Translations under genes and position numbers: made by a program | Shown here: piece after piece, positions 41,780 through 52,838 of the stretch | How positions within the stretch are numbered: position 1 is the stretch's first letter | How the letters are laid out: each line of letters starts with the position of its first letter | Origin: an uncultured delta proteobacterium | GTDB lineage: Bacteria > Desulfobacterota > Binatia > Bin18 | DNA: 64,000 nt | Direction of reading: 5' to 3' | Assembly: GCA_963733195.1 (NCBI GenBank) | Contig: CAVTCR010000018.1 | Location: forward strand, 1 to 64,000 | The notes under the pieces: model-generated | Told to the model about the DNA's origin: nothing | Databases searched by the model: none | What the model saw: only the letters and a program-made list of their open reading frames with translations

Positions 41780-42319
41780 ATGAAAGGAATCGAAACGATT
41801 ACTCCCCATCCGATCGTGCAAATGTGTTGGATGGTCGACGACATGGAAACAGCCGCAATGCAATGGGTACAAACGATGGGGGCTGGTCCGTTCTTCTTGC
41901 TCCCACACATCCAGTTAGACGAACTCACTTATCGCGGCAAACCCGCAAAACTCGATCAGTCCTCCGCTGTCGGCCAATGGGGAGCAGTTCAAGTCGAATT
42001 ATTTCAGCAACATTGCAACAATCCCTCCGGAGCCCGCGAGATGTTTGCGCCGGGACAGACTGGTCTTCAACATATCACCTGGTTTGCTAATGATATTGAC
42101 GCTGAAACACGGCGACTAAATGTGCTCGGATTCGACACCGTGATGACGTGCCGCTTACCAGCCGTGGGTGGTTTGCGTTTAGCCTGGTACGACACCAGAA
42201 AAGTGTTCGGCGCGATGGTCGAAGTGTACGAAGAAGGCGACCTCATGCGCCGTTTTTATAGTCGAGTCGCTCGTGCTGCGGAAGGATGGAATGGAGAGAA
42301 TCCCGTGCGATCGTTGTAG
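41780..42319 (+). CDS. VOC family protein (methylmalonyl-CoA epimerase-like)
   Basis: QMCWMVDD, GAGPF, QVELFQ, GLQH, YDT..FG.MVE. Confidence 0.82.
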   Translation: MKGIETITPHPIVQMCWMVDDMETAAMQWVQTMGAGPFFLLPHIQLDELTYRGKPAKLDQSSAVGQWGAVQVELFQQHCNNPSGAREMFAPGQTGLQHITWFANDIDAETRRLNVLGFDTVMTCRLPAVGGLRLAWYDTRKVFGAMVEVYEEGDLMRRFYSRVARAAEGWNGENPVRSL

Positions 42320-42352
42320 CAAACTGACCAGCAATACGATTGTTATAATTAT

Positions 42353-43718
42353 GGGTCTTCTGGGGGACGTGTGGGTAATTTACGTGGTTGAATAGGGCTG
42401 TACTCCGCATGGATATTGGCTTGCAAGTATTTTCTAGTGCGCTCGGAATTGGCATCCTGGGCGCATGGCTACCTCAACGAAACGAAAGCGGCGGCTCGTG
42501 GATGCGTATGCCTTCCCGGGTTTTCGTCCGCCCCCCGCGATACGCGGGATCTTTGGCGATCCGAAGGCGTGCGTTATTGATCTGGTCCGGCGGTCAAAAA
42601 AACAGCCTGCGGTTGCTGTGGTCGGATTTACAGGGGGTGGTACGATCGCCGCACCCGGCGCGTGCGCGATCTGTCCTGTGGCGATCGCCGCGTCTACCTG
42701 GAATTCGAGGTTCGGCGTGTGCAGTGCAAGAGCTGCGGCACGGTGAAGCGCGAACGGCTCGATTTTCTGGCCGCCAACCCCTTCTATACCCAGCGCTTCG
42801 CTCACTACGTCGGCAAACGATGTCGCTCGGCGACGATCAAAGAGATTGCCGAGGAACTGCACCTGGATTGGGACACGGTCAAGGCGCTGGAGAAGCAGTA
42901 CATGACGGCGCAAGTGGCCAAGGCCGGAACGCCCGGGCCGCAGGTGATCGGCATCGACGAGATCGCGATTCGCAAAGGTCACACCTACCGCATCGTGGTG
43001 AGCGATTTGATCCGACGGCGAGCGATCTGGTTTGGCGGCGAGGATCGCTCGGAAGCGAGCATGAGGCAGTTCTACGAGTGGCTTGGCCAGAGGAAGGCTG
43101 CGGGGATTCGGCTGGCGGTGATGGACATGTGGAAGCCGTTTCGCAATGCGACTACGACGTATGCGCCGCAAGCGGCGATCCTGTTCGACAAGTTTCACAT
43201 CATGTGTCATCTGGGCGACGCCCTCGACCAGGTGCGCAAGGCCGAGTATCGGCGGCTCAGTGGCAAAGACCGGCGCTACATCAAGGGGCAGAAATATACG
43301 CTGCTCTCGCATCGAGAGAATTTGACAAGCGCCGCGCGGCAAAGCTTGAAGGTCCTGCTCGCGGCGAACAAGCGGCTGCACACCGCCTCCTTGCTCAAGG
43401 AGTCCTTCGGCCAGCTCTGGGACTACGAGCGCGAGGGCTGGGCCCGGCGCTTCTTCGAGCACTGGCGCTGGAGAGAAAAGCAACGGATCAAATACAGAGT
43501 TGCGCGTTGATCGATCAAAATTGGATGGTATCGCCGCGTACTGCCAACCGCGAACAAGGTCTCGCTAGGCTTCGTCGAGGGGCTCAACAACAAGATTCGG
43601 GTCATCGAGCGCCGCGCGTATGGCCTGCGCGACGAAGAGTATCTGCGCATGAAGACATCACCTTATGCTGCCGCCACTGTCAAAAATGCAATTTTACACA
43701 CTCTTTTCCTAATCAACC
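42353..43718 (+). mobile_element. ISL3 family insertion sequence, 1366 bp
   Basis: 8-bp direct repeat ATAATTAT at 42345-42352 and 43719-43726; GG...CC ends; higher GC than flanks. Confidence 0.9.
42465..43680 (+). CDS. ISL3 transposase with likely -1 frameshift at A7 (42596-42602); 3' end degraded or indel-affected
   Basis: RRSKK|TACGCCG, IGIDE, MDMWKPF, FDKFH, VEGLNNKIRVI.RRAYG. Confidence 0.85.
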
Positions 43719-43749
43719 ATAATTATTATCTCCTGCCCTAACGTAACAG

Positions 43750-43945
43750 GAAGTGCGGTCCCTCCTGAATGCAGTGCACGGAGTACTGTGGCTCATGGCC
43801 AATCTATTCTATGGCGCCAGGGTACGCCTGATGGGATGTCTGCGGCTCCGCGTGAAAGACCTTGATTTCCACGCCAACCATGTCGTCGTCCGCGAAGGGA
43901 AAAGGGACAAGGGTCGGATCACTCTGCTCCCGGCCGTCGTTAACC
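43750..43945 (+). pseudogene. intI: integron integrase-like tyrosine recombinase fragment
   Basis: EVRSLL...LMANLFYGARVRLMGCLRLRVKDLDF....VVREGKRDKGRITLLP. Confidence 0.75.
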
Positions 43946-43989
43946 GTGCACCGCATTCGCGTTCCCGCTTGGCCCGCAAGGCGGATTAA

Positions 43990-44101
43990 ACCCTTAGAAT
44001 TCTCCCTGGAACCTTGGTATCGCGAAGCCCGTGTCCGCCGCATTGGCGAAGGTCCATCAGAAGTGCATCGGATGGTGATTGCACGGGCGTTGTTCAGATG
44101 A
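43990..44101 (+). pseudogene. acyl-CoA dehydrogenase C-terminal fragment
   Basis: LEPWYREARVRRIGEGPSEVHRMVIAR. Confidence 0.7.
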
Positions 44102-44169
44102 GGAACAGTACACACAAAGGCTACGCCGCCTAACGTTCTGGAAGTCGGTGAAGTTACGTAGAGAACATT

Positions 44170-44648
44170 TTCTTGAAGAACTTTTTCCATAAACACTGTG
44201 CCTGGGCCGTCGTTATAACGTTCGATGAAATAAAAGCCGAGCTTGTGATAAAGCTTCATCGCCTGCGCCTGTACCTGCGCATCGGCAACTTCAAACCTGG
44301 CACGCTGATATCCTTTTGCCGTAGCGAAATCGATCAGTCGCTCCATCAGTAACCTACCGAGGCCTTGCCCGCGATAATCTTTGTAGAACCACAGACGCTT
44401 CAATTCGCAAATGTTCTCCTTGCCAGTGTCGCATGCCCAAAGTACCCACCACTCGGTCACCGTCAAGAACGACAAGGAACATGCCATTCTGCTTGAAATA
44501 ATAGTTTTCAATATCTTCGAAATCAGCAAAGGGATCGATGTTGTAAAACGACTTCTTCCGATACTCCCCACAGTTCTTGACAAACAGTGAGAAGGACTTG
44601 TTTCGCCGCTTGATGTTGATGAGGTTGAATTGGTTGTATTGTGATCAT
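44170..44648 (-). CDS. GNAT acetyltransferase (frameshifted; 3' boundary approximate)
   Basis: CELKRLW...YRGQGLG, A.KLY.KLGF, FMEK; ATG44648 with AGGAGG RBS. Confidence 0.75.
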
Positions 44649-44770
44649 AGACGGAGACCTCCTTCCTGGAAAGCAGTCAAATCAGCTTACAAACCAGTAT
44701 GACGCACTACTTGAATTCCACCTGTTTATGGTGATCGGAAAGACACGGTCCATCTTTAGCGGTGCACCAC

Positions 44771-44804
44771 AATCAGTGACAAATTTTCATATTTGTCACT
44801 GATT
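44771..44804. promoter_or_regulatory. 14-bp perfect inverted repeat (operator-like) in divergent intergenic region
   Basis: AATCAGTGACAAAT-TTTCAT-ATTTGTCACTGATT. Confidence 0.55.
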
Positions 44805-44907
44805 TTTCCATAGAGGCTAAAGATTACTTTCCTAACACCGATCGTCAATTTTGAGCGAGGAAGTCAGGGGGCGTTAGTCTCGCTCAAATTCAACACTAGG
44901 TGTGATA

Positions 44908-45898
44908 ATGCAATCCGCACTCTCAGTGACTCATCCATCCGACTATACACTCTGGGAATGGCTTCGCGGGCTCTATCGTTTCAGCCGACCGGAATCCACG
45001 CTGGGTAGTGCAATCATGAGCGTAGCGATTTCCTTAGCGTTACTTCCGGCAGTACCCTACGAACCTATCGCATTCACCAAGATCGCTTGCTGCGTTCTCT
45101 CGTTGAGTCTGTGGACCATTGCCTGCCACGGCATCAATCAGATCTACGACTTACCAGTAGATCGCATCAACAAACCTGATTTCCCTCTGCCTTCAGGCGT
45201 AATGACAGTGAGACAAGCGTGGGCAGTGAGTCTGGCATCTGGCATTGTCGGATCACTGTTGGCCTGGTGGGCAATGCCATGGTGGCTTGCATTGAGTTTT
45301 GTTGGATCCATGACATGGGTGTCTCTCGTGTATTCCGTCCCACGTTTTGGTAGCCGTACCGTGCGACAAAGCCCATGGCTACCCAAGCTCCTCGTTATCT
45401 GTTTTCGAGCGATAGTGTATCCCGCGACCACGTTTCTGACCGTGTGGTACCTCGCACCTGCCCAATCCCTCGGGTTAGTATATCTGGCGTTTATTCTTAC
45501 CTTTGCCGTACTCTTCTGCGTCGGCATGAACACTTTTGAGGACATCCCCGATATGCGGGGCGACCGGGAGGGGGGGTATCGCAGTTTTGCGCTCGTCTTA
45601 GGAGCAACCAAGACCGCTTGCATCTGCCTTGCTGCATTTGTCACCGCATTCCTCGGCCTCGCGATTTGGATTTATGCTTTTCCGCAGCTCTTTCGCGTAG
45701 GCCGGGGCTTGCCGTTGAAGCACTCTTACTCCTCGTCTTTGTCGTCGAGTTTTCCGGCTGCTACGTTCAGAGTTACGTTCGGACGGTGCCGGCGCCAAGC
45801 CGTTTTATACGTTCCTTTGGCGATTATATGCACTTCAATACGTTGCACTTATTATCATATTTGCTCCTATACAGAGTCCTGGCAGCATAGAAGAGTAA
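44908..45898 (+). CDS. UbiA superfamily prenyltransferase, homogentisate-phytyltransferase-like (C-terminal indels)
   Basis: NQIYDLPVDRINKP..PLPSG, EDIPDMRGD, and FYTFLWRLY in a shifted frame. Confidence 0.8.
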
Positions 45899-45964
45899 GA
45901 GTACATTATCCATTCTCATTAACAGTGAGAGTAATGGCATGCTCCTGAGATTAAATTCTATAAG

Positions 45965-48900
45965 TTAAAAATCATTGACGATGGACGGAGCAATCAACTG
46001 TCTTCTGTCGAAGACCTTCCGCCTTGGAGCCTTCTCATCCAGCTCTTTAATTAACGCTTTTGCCTCTCGTAAGTCGGCAGTAGCAAAGCCTTCACGGAAC
46101 CAATTGTAGGAGCTTTCTACCAATCGCTGAGCCTCTTGCTCTCTCCCTTGTTTTTTCCGCAACCGCGCCAGGCTGATAGCTGCCCGTAATTCCAGCGACT
46201 TCGCTTCTTGGCGCAGGCGACATCAAGGGCTCGTTGCAAACAACCTTCTGACTGTGACTTGTTAACCCGCGAGATAGATTGCAATTGCCTTGCTTTACCT
46301 TTAAGTTTGGTGCGTTTCTCTTCTTGATTTTTACTTTTCTGTTGAAGCAACAGTTCTCCCGTAAGTCGATGCAACTCGGCGTTCCACCAGCGGTCGCCGG
46401 TCCGAGCGGCAAGTGAAAATGCTTCACTCAAGACTTTAATTCCTGTCTCAGTGTCCCCGTCTCTTCCGCACGACTCGGCATGTAAAGAAAGATAATAAGA
46501 CAACAAAATCTCCGCGCCCACCGCACGCCAGGAAGCAATTCCCTGACTGGATCGATGCAATTCCGTCCCTGAGCGTTCCCCTGAGTGGCTATTGCCCATC
46601 CTCGCAAAATCTCGCCCATACTTTTCCAAAGCGGAAAACTATGCTCAAGCGAAACGGTAATAGCCTGCCTCAGCTCGCAGTTGAGTCAGTTGCGGCTCTC
46701 CTCGAAGCTGATGGAGGCCCGCCCGCAAAACGAATGCATACGCTGAGCTATACGGATGAGCGCGTTTTTCAGCTAAGGTAAGAGCTTCCTCGCTCGTGGC
46801 TAACGCTTGATCTGGATAACCAAGAAACCAGAGAACATACGAGGCCCGAGAGAGACACGCTACACCAGGGTCCTGGCCATACACGGGAGCATGCGCATGG
46901 TGCTTCTGTGGATCATACAGGCTTCGACCTAGGTTCAGATGCTGCAAGCGCTGGTGAACTCACCCATGCTCGACAACCTCCCACCTAACGCTTGGTGAGC
47001 CTCTAGTAGCAGCGCTTGATCATTCTCCTCCTGTGCCACTTGCAGGAGCTGTTCTCCTAAATCACGGGCGGTCGCTAATTCCGCCCGAACGTAATAGAAC
47101 GCGGCAAGGCCCCGGAGCACAGGAACAAGTTGCGGAGTTTGTCCGATCTGTTGACATAATTCGCGCGCACGGTCGTAGGCCTGCTTGGCTTCTGGGTCGG
47201 CATAGCCTTTGGTCGTCATCAATGCCACACCCAGGCCGATCTGGCATCTGAGTTCAAGATGCTTCCGCTCTAGTGTGTCAGTGAAAGTTTGCAGTAGCCC
47301 CAGTGCCCTGGTCAAATAGCGAATGCATTCAGGATAGGCAAATCGCTGTGTCGCCTGCTCTGCGGCTTGCTGCAAATACGCTACAGCACGGTGGAAGTCT
47401 CGTCCATGTTCGAAGTGCAGTGCTAGCTCCGCAGCAATTTCTCCGGTGCGATCACAATAGCCCTGTTCAAGTCGCTCACCAATCCGTTGATGAAACTGTA
47501 TCCGTTTTCCTGGTGTCAGCCTGCTGTACGACACCTCGTGATACAAGGTATGAATGAATTCATAACGTGCAGTGACTGTTCCATCCGGCCACGCGCGGAG
47601 TCTCTGTCTCTTGAATGAACTGACTCTGCCGCATGAGATCAGCACAACGCTCCTCAATCTCGAGCGGATCTCTGCCAGTGGCCGCTGCAATCACTGTAGA
47701 AGAAAACTCACGGCCTTCGACACTTGCCGCTTCAAGAATCTGCCGGTCATCAACACTGAGGCGATCGAGTTTCTCCTCAATGGCTTGATGCAAGCTTTCC
47801 GGCATGTGGAGATCTTCGACGTTCAACGACAACTTCCAACGTCCGCCTTTTTCGACCATCTGTTCGCGTAACATGTTCACCATATTCACCATGAACAGGG
47901 CATTTCCCTCGGTGCGACGATGGACCAGATCGGTTAACTCTGCCGAGAACACTTTTTCGAGAAGGTGCTTCCCTACATAAGTAGCAACCTCTTCCTTGTT
48001 CAACAGTGCCAGTGACAACTCTTCACACTGGTGGCGTACCTGCATTTCGCGCTTAATCTTTTTCAGCGGATGCCCAGTTGTCAGATCCGCAGGACGATAG
48101 GTACCAATCACCATCAACCGTATACGCTCTTGTCGTTGAGCCAAGTAAGCCAGCAGCTCCAGGGTCGAATAATCGCTCCAATGCAGATCTTCAAGTACCA
48201 AGATAAAGACAGTTTCATTGGTCAGGGCTTCGAGCGCATCCGCCATCTCCCGGAGCATACGTTGCTGGTTCGCACCCTGGATGCGCTGCTGCAAGCTTGC
48301 AACCTCCGCACTACTCAACAATGCAGGCATTTGGATCATCCAGGTGGGAGCATAGCGGCTCAGAAGTGCAGCTATCGGAGCCCCTCCTGGGTCACGGCAC
48401 AAGCGACCAAGTGCTTCTAAGATAGGCAAATAGGATTCACCCTCTCCATACTGCTCTAAGCATTGGCCGCGTCCGATCCGCACGCGCCTATCTGTCCGAA
48501 CACGTGCTAAGAACATCTCGACTAGCGTCGTTTTGCCGATCCCAGGTTCCCCAGTGACAAACACGATCTGCCGCATGTTACGCCGCGCCTTGCCAAACCA
48601 CTCGTCCAGTTGCTCAAGCTCATCCCTACGCCCAACGATATGCTCAAAGCCTTCACCAAGCTCCTTCTTGGTTGACAAAGCCTTCCCCTCCACCATTGGC
48701 CCGATATAGCGATACCCCTTTCGTCCTATAGTTTCGACGTATTGCGGGACCTTCGCATCATCCCCCAAGGCTTGGCGGATCTCACGGATGCAGACTCTGA
48801 GCACAATATCAGTGACATACGCCCCTGCCCAAACGTACTTCAAGACTTGTGTTTTTGTGAGAGTATCGGGAGCGTGTTCGACCAACATTTGTAATACCTC

Positions 48901-49005
48901 TACCGACGTTCGTCGTAAGGGTAATTGCTGATCTTCACGCCAGATATGTTTCTTTTCCGTGTCCAAGCGGAAAGGGCCAAAAGTGAGCTGAGAAACTCGT
49001 TCCAT
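45965..49005 (-). CDS. wHTH-AAA ATPase-TPR (STAND-like) transcriptional regulator, several indels
   Basis: FGPFRLD..YVET..RKGYR (wHTH), GEPGIGKT, LEDLHWSD, EGNALF, AELHRL.GE, WFREGF.TADL.EA. Confidence 0.85.
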
Positions 49006-49024
49006 GTTCAATACTATAGCAAAC

Positions 49025-49072
49025 TGAACCAATCTGAACAGAAAGGTGAACAGTTCAGGGCTAAAGATGAAC
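49025..49072. promoter_or_regulatory. TGAAC direct repeats, putative wHTH operator
   Basis: TGAAC at 49025, 49035, 49047, 49068 between divergent genes. Confidence 0.45.
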
Positions 49073-49189
49073 CAGTTACTTCTTTAAGGTGTTCTTGTGC
49101 AAAGAGCCTTCTAAGCTTTCGATTGGGAGAATGTAATGTTGTTGATTTCACGTCAATAACGCAGAAGACTTCCTCATAGGATAGTACAT

Positions 49190-50080
49190 ATGAGCCCTCA
49201 ACCACAAACTTTCGCAGCTTCACCAAACCTCTACCTCTCTCGTAGCTCAGACTTGCAGTCTGCCCTGACCAATACGTTTCGCGTTGCCCCTGATTCCTAC
49301 ACCAAGGACTGGATGGAATTCGATCCCACGGCCTATCTCAACGAATACTATTCTGACCTCGGCGAGGAAAATCTTGCAATTTTACAATTCTATGCTGACG
49401 TATTCCACGAGATGGACCAGAAAAGTACGATGCTCGACTTTGGGAGCGGTCCGACAATTTACTCTCTCATTTCAGCTGTTACGAAAATCAGAGAAATACA
49501 GATAGTTGAATATCTTGAAGCAAACCGCCTCGAACTCCGCAAATGGCTAACAAGAGATAACACCGCCTTCAACTGGCTCCCGTTCATCAAGAAAACTATC
49601 GAGTTAGAGCAAAAGGGGTGGTGCTCTGAGTTCGATCTTGCCCGTCGGGAGGCACAAATTCGTCATCATGTCACGGCAATTGGTCGCTGTGACGTCCGTC
49701 AGACGCCCCCGTTCGTCGGCGGACGACAAACGTATGATGTCGTCGTCTCCAATTTTTGCGCAGAATCTATCACTGACTCGTACGAAGAGTGGAAATTCTT
49801 TCTGAGGAATATCGCTTCGCTCGTCAAAGTCGGCGGTACCTTCATAATAACTACTCTGAAGAGAGCAACGAGCTACTCAGTCGGTTCTCGACGGTTTCCG
49901 GCTGTCAGTATTGATGAAGCGGACTTAACCTGTGCCCTGGCCGAGATGGGATTCTCTCCTGCGAGTCTCGAGATTCGCAGTGTACCAGCAGACCGCCCTA
50001 GCCGTCATTACCAAGGGCTCATGCTTGCAACTGCCGTGAAACACGATACTAAGCTAACAAGAGCGAGGCATTATGTCTGA
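49190..50080 (+). CDS. NNMT/PNMT/TEMT family SAM-dependent methyltransferase
   Basis: FDP..YL.EYY, LDFGSGPTIY, NR.EL.KWL..AFNW, CDV, Y.VG..F. Confidence 0.85.
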   Translation: MSPQPQTFAASPNLYLSRSSDLQSALTNTFRVAPDSYTKDWMEFDPTAYLNEYYSDLGEENLAILQFYADVFHEMDQKSTMLDFGSGPTIYSLISAVTKIREIQIVEYLEANRLELRKWLTRDNTAFNWLPFIKKTIELEQKGWCSEFDLARREAQIRHHVTAIGRCDVRQTPPFVGGRQTYDVVVSNFCAESITDSYEEWKFFLRNIASLVKVGGTFIITTLKRATSYSVGSRRFPAVSIDEADLTCALAEMGFSPASLEIRSVPADRPSRHYQGLMLATAVKHDTKLTRARHYV

Positions 50081-50438
50081 GCAGATACGAGTTACCGTTA
50101 TTGCCTTTACGCTCCTTGCCATCTCTGGTGTGTGTGATTCCTTGGGCTTTACTTACGCTGCTAGGATCTGGCATGACAATCTTATTCAATGGAGAGAACT
50201 TGCCCGGTCGGCGTGTGGCTTTGCCACAGGGATCACTATTTATTGGTTTACGATTCGCTATTTCTCAGAACTTGGCGTCGTCTCAGTTGAATTGCAGACG
50301 CTGATCTGGTTCGGCACGACCCTTATTGGGGTTGCGGTGTTGAATGGCAGGTTTCTTCAGTGGCGCTCAATCGACCAAGCCGTTGCGATGCTCGTGCTTG
50401 TTGGTATTGCTTGGTTACTCGTTCGAGTAGAGAACTAA
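50073..50438 (+). CDS. small 4-TM membrane protein (SMR/DMT-like)
   Basis: 121 aa, four hydrophobic segments, overlaps the methyltransferase stop. Confidence 0.65.
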   Translation: MSEQIRVTVIAFTLLAISGVCDSLGFTYAARIWHDNLIQWRELARSACGFATGITIYWFTIRYFSELGVVSVELQTLIWFGTTLIGVAVLNGRFLQWRSIDQAVAMLVLVGIAWLLVRVEN

Positions 50439-50525
50439 ACGAACCGCCTTTGGTTTGCTTGCTCTCCTTCCACCAAGTCGCAGCTCATGACATTTGTCTA
50501 CTGGACAATGGGACTGCTTACTCTC

Positions 50526-50585
50526 GTCATTCTGGGCAGAGTGAAGGATCTCTCTGAAGAGACCCTTCGTTGCACTCAAGGTGAC
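50526..50585. repeat. palindromic MITE/REP-like element
   Basis: GTCATTCTGGGCAGAGTGAAGGATCTC...GAGACCCTTCGTTGCACTCAAGGTGAC. Confidence 0.55.
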
Positions 50586-50759
50586 AGTCCTTTGATACTT
50601 CACTCCTCGCACTTTTCTCACTTTAGTCTTAGCTTCTCTTTGCTGCGTTCGCCCTTAAGCTTCTCCATCGCCAGCCGATAACATCGTTACAGGAATAAGA
50701 AAGAGCCCAACAGCTCCTGGGGAACCACATGAGGCTGTTCCTGTGGGGGTAACGTTCGT

Positions 50760-52832
50760 ATGCGATGGGGATCTCGCCCCTTGTGGCGTTTGCAACGAAG
50801 AGACAACCAGACTTTTGCGCTCTACGTGCTTCGTGGAGCGGTGGTCGGAGTTTATTGTAGCGTCTTATTTCTTTCCCCTTTTCTTGCTCTCGCAGAAGAA
50901 GAAGGAGGGGCTTCAATATCGAGGGGGACTGAAGATATCTTCTTAGAAGAAATCCCCTCGGTCTATAGTGCCTCAAAGTATGCACAAAAAGTGACTGAAG
51001 CTCCCTCGTCGATCACCATCATCACCAGCGATGAAATTAAAAAGTATGGGTACCGGACTTTTGCCGATGTTTTGCAAAACGTAAACGGATTCTTTGTCAC
51101 TTATGACCGCAACTACAGCTACCTTGGCGTGCGCGGATTTAATCGCCCTGGCGATTATAATTCCCGCATTCTCCTACTCATCGATGGTCATCGACTCAAC
51201 GACAACCAATATGATCAAGCCGGATTGGGTACTGAGGCAGTCCTAGACGTTGACCTCATCGACCGTGTTGAGATTATTCGTGGTCCAAGTTCATCTCTCT
51301 ATGGTACCAATGCCTTTTTTGGCGTGATCAATGTCATCACCAAGCGCGGGCGTGACATTAAGGGGACCGAGCTTTCCACGGAGATTGGTAGCTTCAACTC
51401 CTATAAGGGTAGAGTGACCTACGGTAACCGCTTTCAAAACGGGCTCGAAGTACTCTTCTCAGCCTCCTTTTACGACAGCCATGGGCATCATCGTTTATTT
51501 TTTAAGGAATTTAATTCGCCAGCGACTAATAATGGAATAGCTAGAAACGGCGATGATGATCGGTTCCCTTATTTCTTCGCCAAGGTCTCCTTTGCCGATT
51601 TGACCTTACAGAGTGGGTTCTTATCCCGCAACAAAGGATACCCTACTGCCACCTATGGCACCGTATTTAATACAACCCGCAACCGTACTGTTGACGAGCA
51701 TGGTTACATCGATCTCAAGTACGAGCATGATTTTAGTCAATCGCTCAATCTTACGACCCGCCTGTACTACGACCGTTTCTATTACCGCGGCGATTACCTG
51801 TACAACCCAGATCCCGCCGACAACAGGGTCCGAGTATTGAATCAGGACCATAACATCGGTGAGTGGTGGGGAGCCGAAACAAAACTTACAAAGCGACTGT
51901 GGCAACGACATAAAGTCACAGTTGGTGCGGAGTACCAAGACAATTTTCGTCAAGACATGCGCAATAGTGATGACAACCCCTTTTCACTCAACCTCGATAC
52001 TCACAAACACTCTCGCAACTGGGCGTTGTATTTCCAGGACGAGGTCACCCTACTGGACAATCTTCTCTTCAATGCCGGTATCCGGTACGACTATTATGAT
52101 TCATTCGGTGGCACCCTGAATCCACGCCTCGCGTTAATTTACAACTTGAAACAGACGACGGTGAAACTCCTCTATGGGGAGGCTTTCCGGGCTCCAAGCG
52201 TCTACGAGAAGTTCTATGTCGGTACAGGCTTCAAAGCGAACGCGAACCTCAAGCCAGAAAGCATTACCACATATGAAGTGGTCGTTGATCACTACTTGAC
52301 GAAGTATCTCCAAGCTAGCGCGGCAGGATATTACTACACTATCAAGGGACTGATTACTCAGACCCCCGATCCACAAGATGACTTGCTAGTGTTCCGTAAC
52401 GACGAGTCAATTAAGGCAAAAGGACTTGAACTGGCACTTGACGGGAAATGGGCCTCAGGTTGGGAGGGACGCTTGGGCTATGCTATTCAGAAAACCGAAG
52501 ATGGTATGACCGGAAAACGCCTGACCAACTCCCCTCAACATATGGTGAAGTTTAACCTCATCGTGCCGCTCATTCACGATAAGCTATTCGCTGGGATAGA
52601 GTCGCGCTACATGAGTGCTCGACGCACGCTGTCTGGCAAAACTGCAAGTGATTATTTTCTCACGAACTTCACCTTGTTTAGTCAGAATCTGCTACGAGGG
52701 GTTGAGCTGTCAGGCAGTATCTATAACCTCTTCGACCAACGCTACGGTGATCCCGGTTCCGGTGAACATCGCCAGGAAATCATTGAGCAGGACGGGCGAA
52801 CCTTCTGGATAAAACTCAAGTACGGCTTCTAA
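50760..52832 (+). CDS. TonB-dependent receptor
   Basis: plug motifs APSSITII, LLIDG, IDRVEIIRGPSSSLYG.NA..GVINVITK; NLFD..Y; C-terminal Phe. Confidence 0.92.
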   Translation: MRWGSRPLWRLQRRDNQTFALYVLRGAVVGVYCSVLFLSPFLALAEEEGGASISRGTEDIFLEEIPSVYSASKYAQKVTEAPSSITIITSDEIKKYGYRTFADVLQNVNGFFVTYDRNYSYLGVRGFNRPGDYNSRILLLIDGHRLNDNQYDQAGLGTEAVLDVDLIDRVEIIRGPSSSLYGTNAFFGVINVITKRGRDIKGTELSTEIGSFNSYKGRVTYGNRFQNGLEVLFSASFYDSHGHHRLFFKEFNSPATNNGIARNGDDDRFPYFFAKVSFADLTLQSGFLSRNKGYPTATYGTVFNTTRNRTVDEHGYIDLKYEHDFSQSLNLTTRLYYDRFYYRGDYLYNPDPADNRVRVLNQDHNIGEWWGAETKLTKRLWQRHKVTVGAEYQDNFRQDMRNSDDNPFSLNLDTHKHSRNWALYFQDEVTLLDNLLFNAGIRYDYYDSFGGTLNPRLALIYNLKQTTVKLLYGEAFRAPSVYEKFYVGTGFKANANLKPESITTYEVVVDHYLTKYLQASAAGYYYTIKGLITQTPDPQDDLLVFRNDESIKAKGLELALDGKWASGWEGRLGYAIQKTEDGMTGKRLTNSPQHMVKFNLIVPLIHDKLFAGIESRYMSARRTLSGKTASDYFLTNFTLFSQNLLRGVELSGSIYNLFDQRYGDPGSGEHRQEIIEQDGRTFWIKLKYGF

Positions 52833-52838
52833 GCGAGC

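Noticed and set aside
42388-43722. Long alternative-frame ORFs (444 aa plus strand, 349 aa minus strand) and similar shadow ORFs elsewhere
   Set aside because: They overlap recognisable genes in GC-rich sequence and show no family motifs
44120-44175. attC site after the GNAT gene (GTTAGGC on minus strand) near the intI fragment
   Set aside because: No matching RYYYAAC box at suitable distance and no extended hairpin
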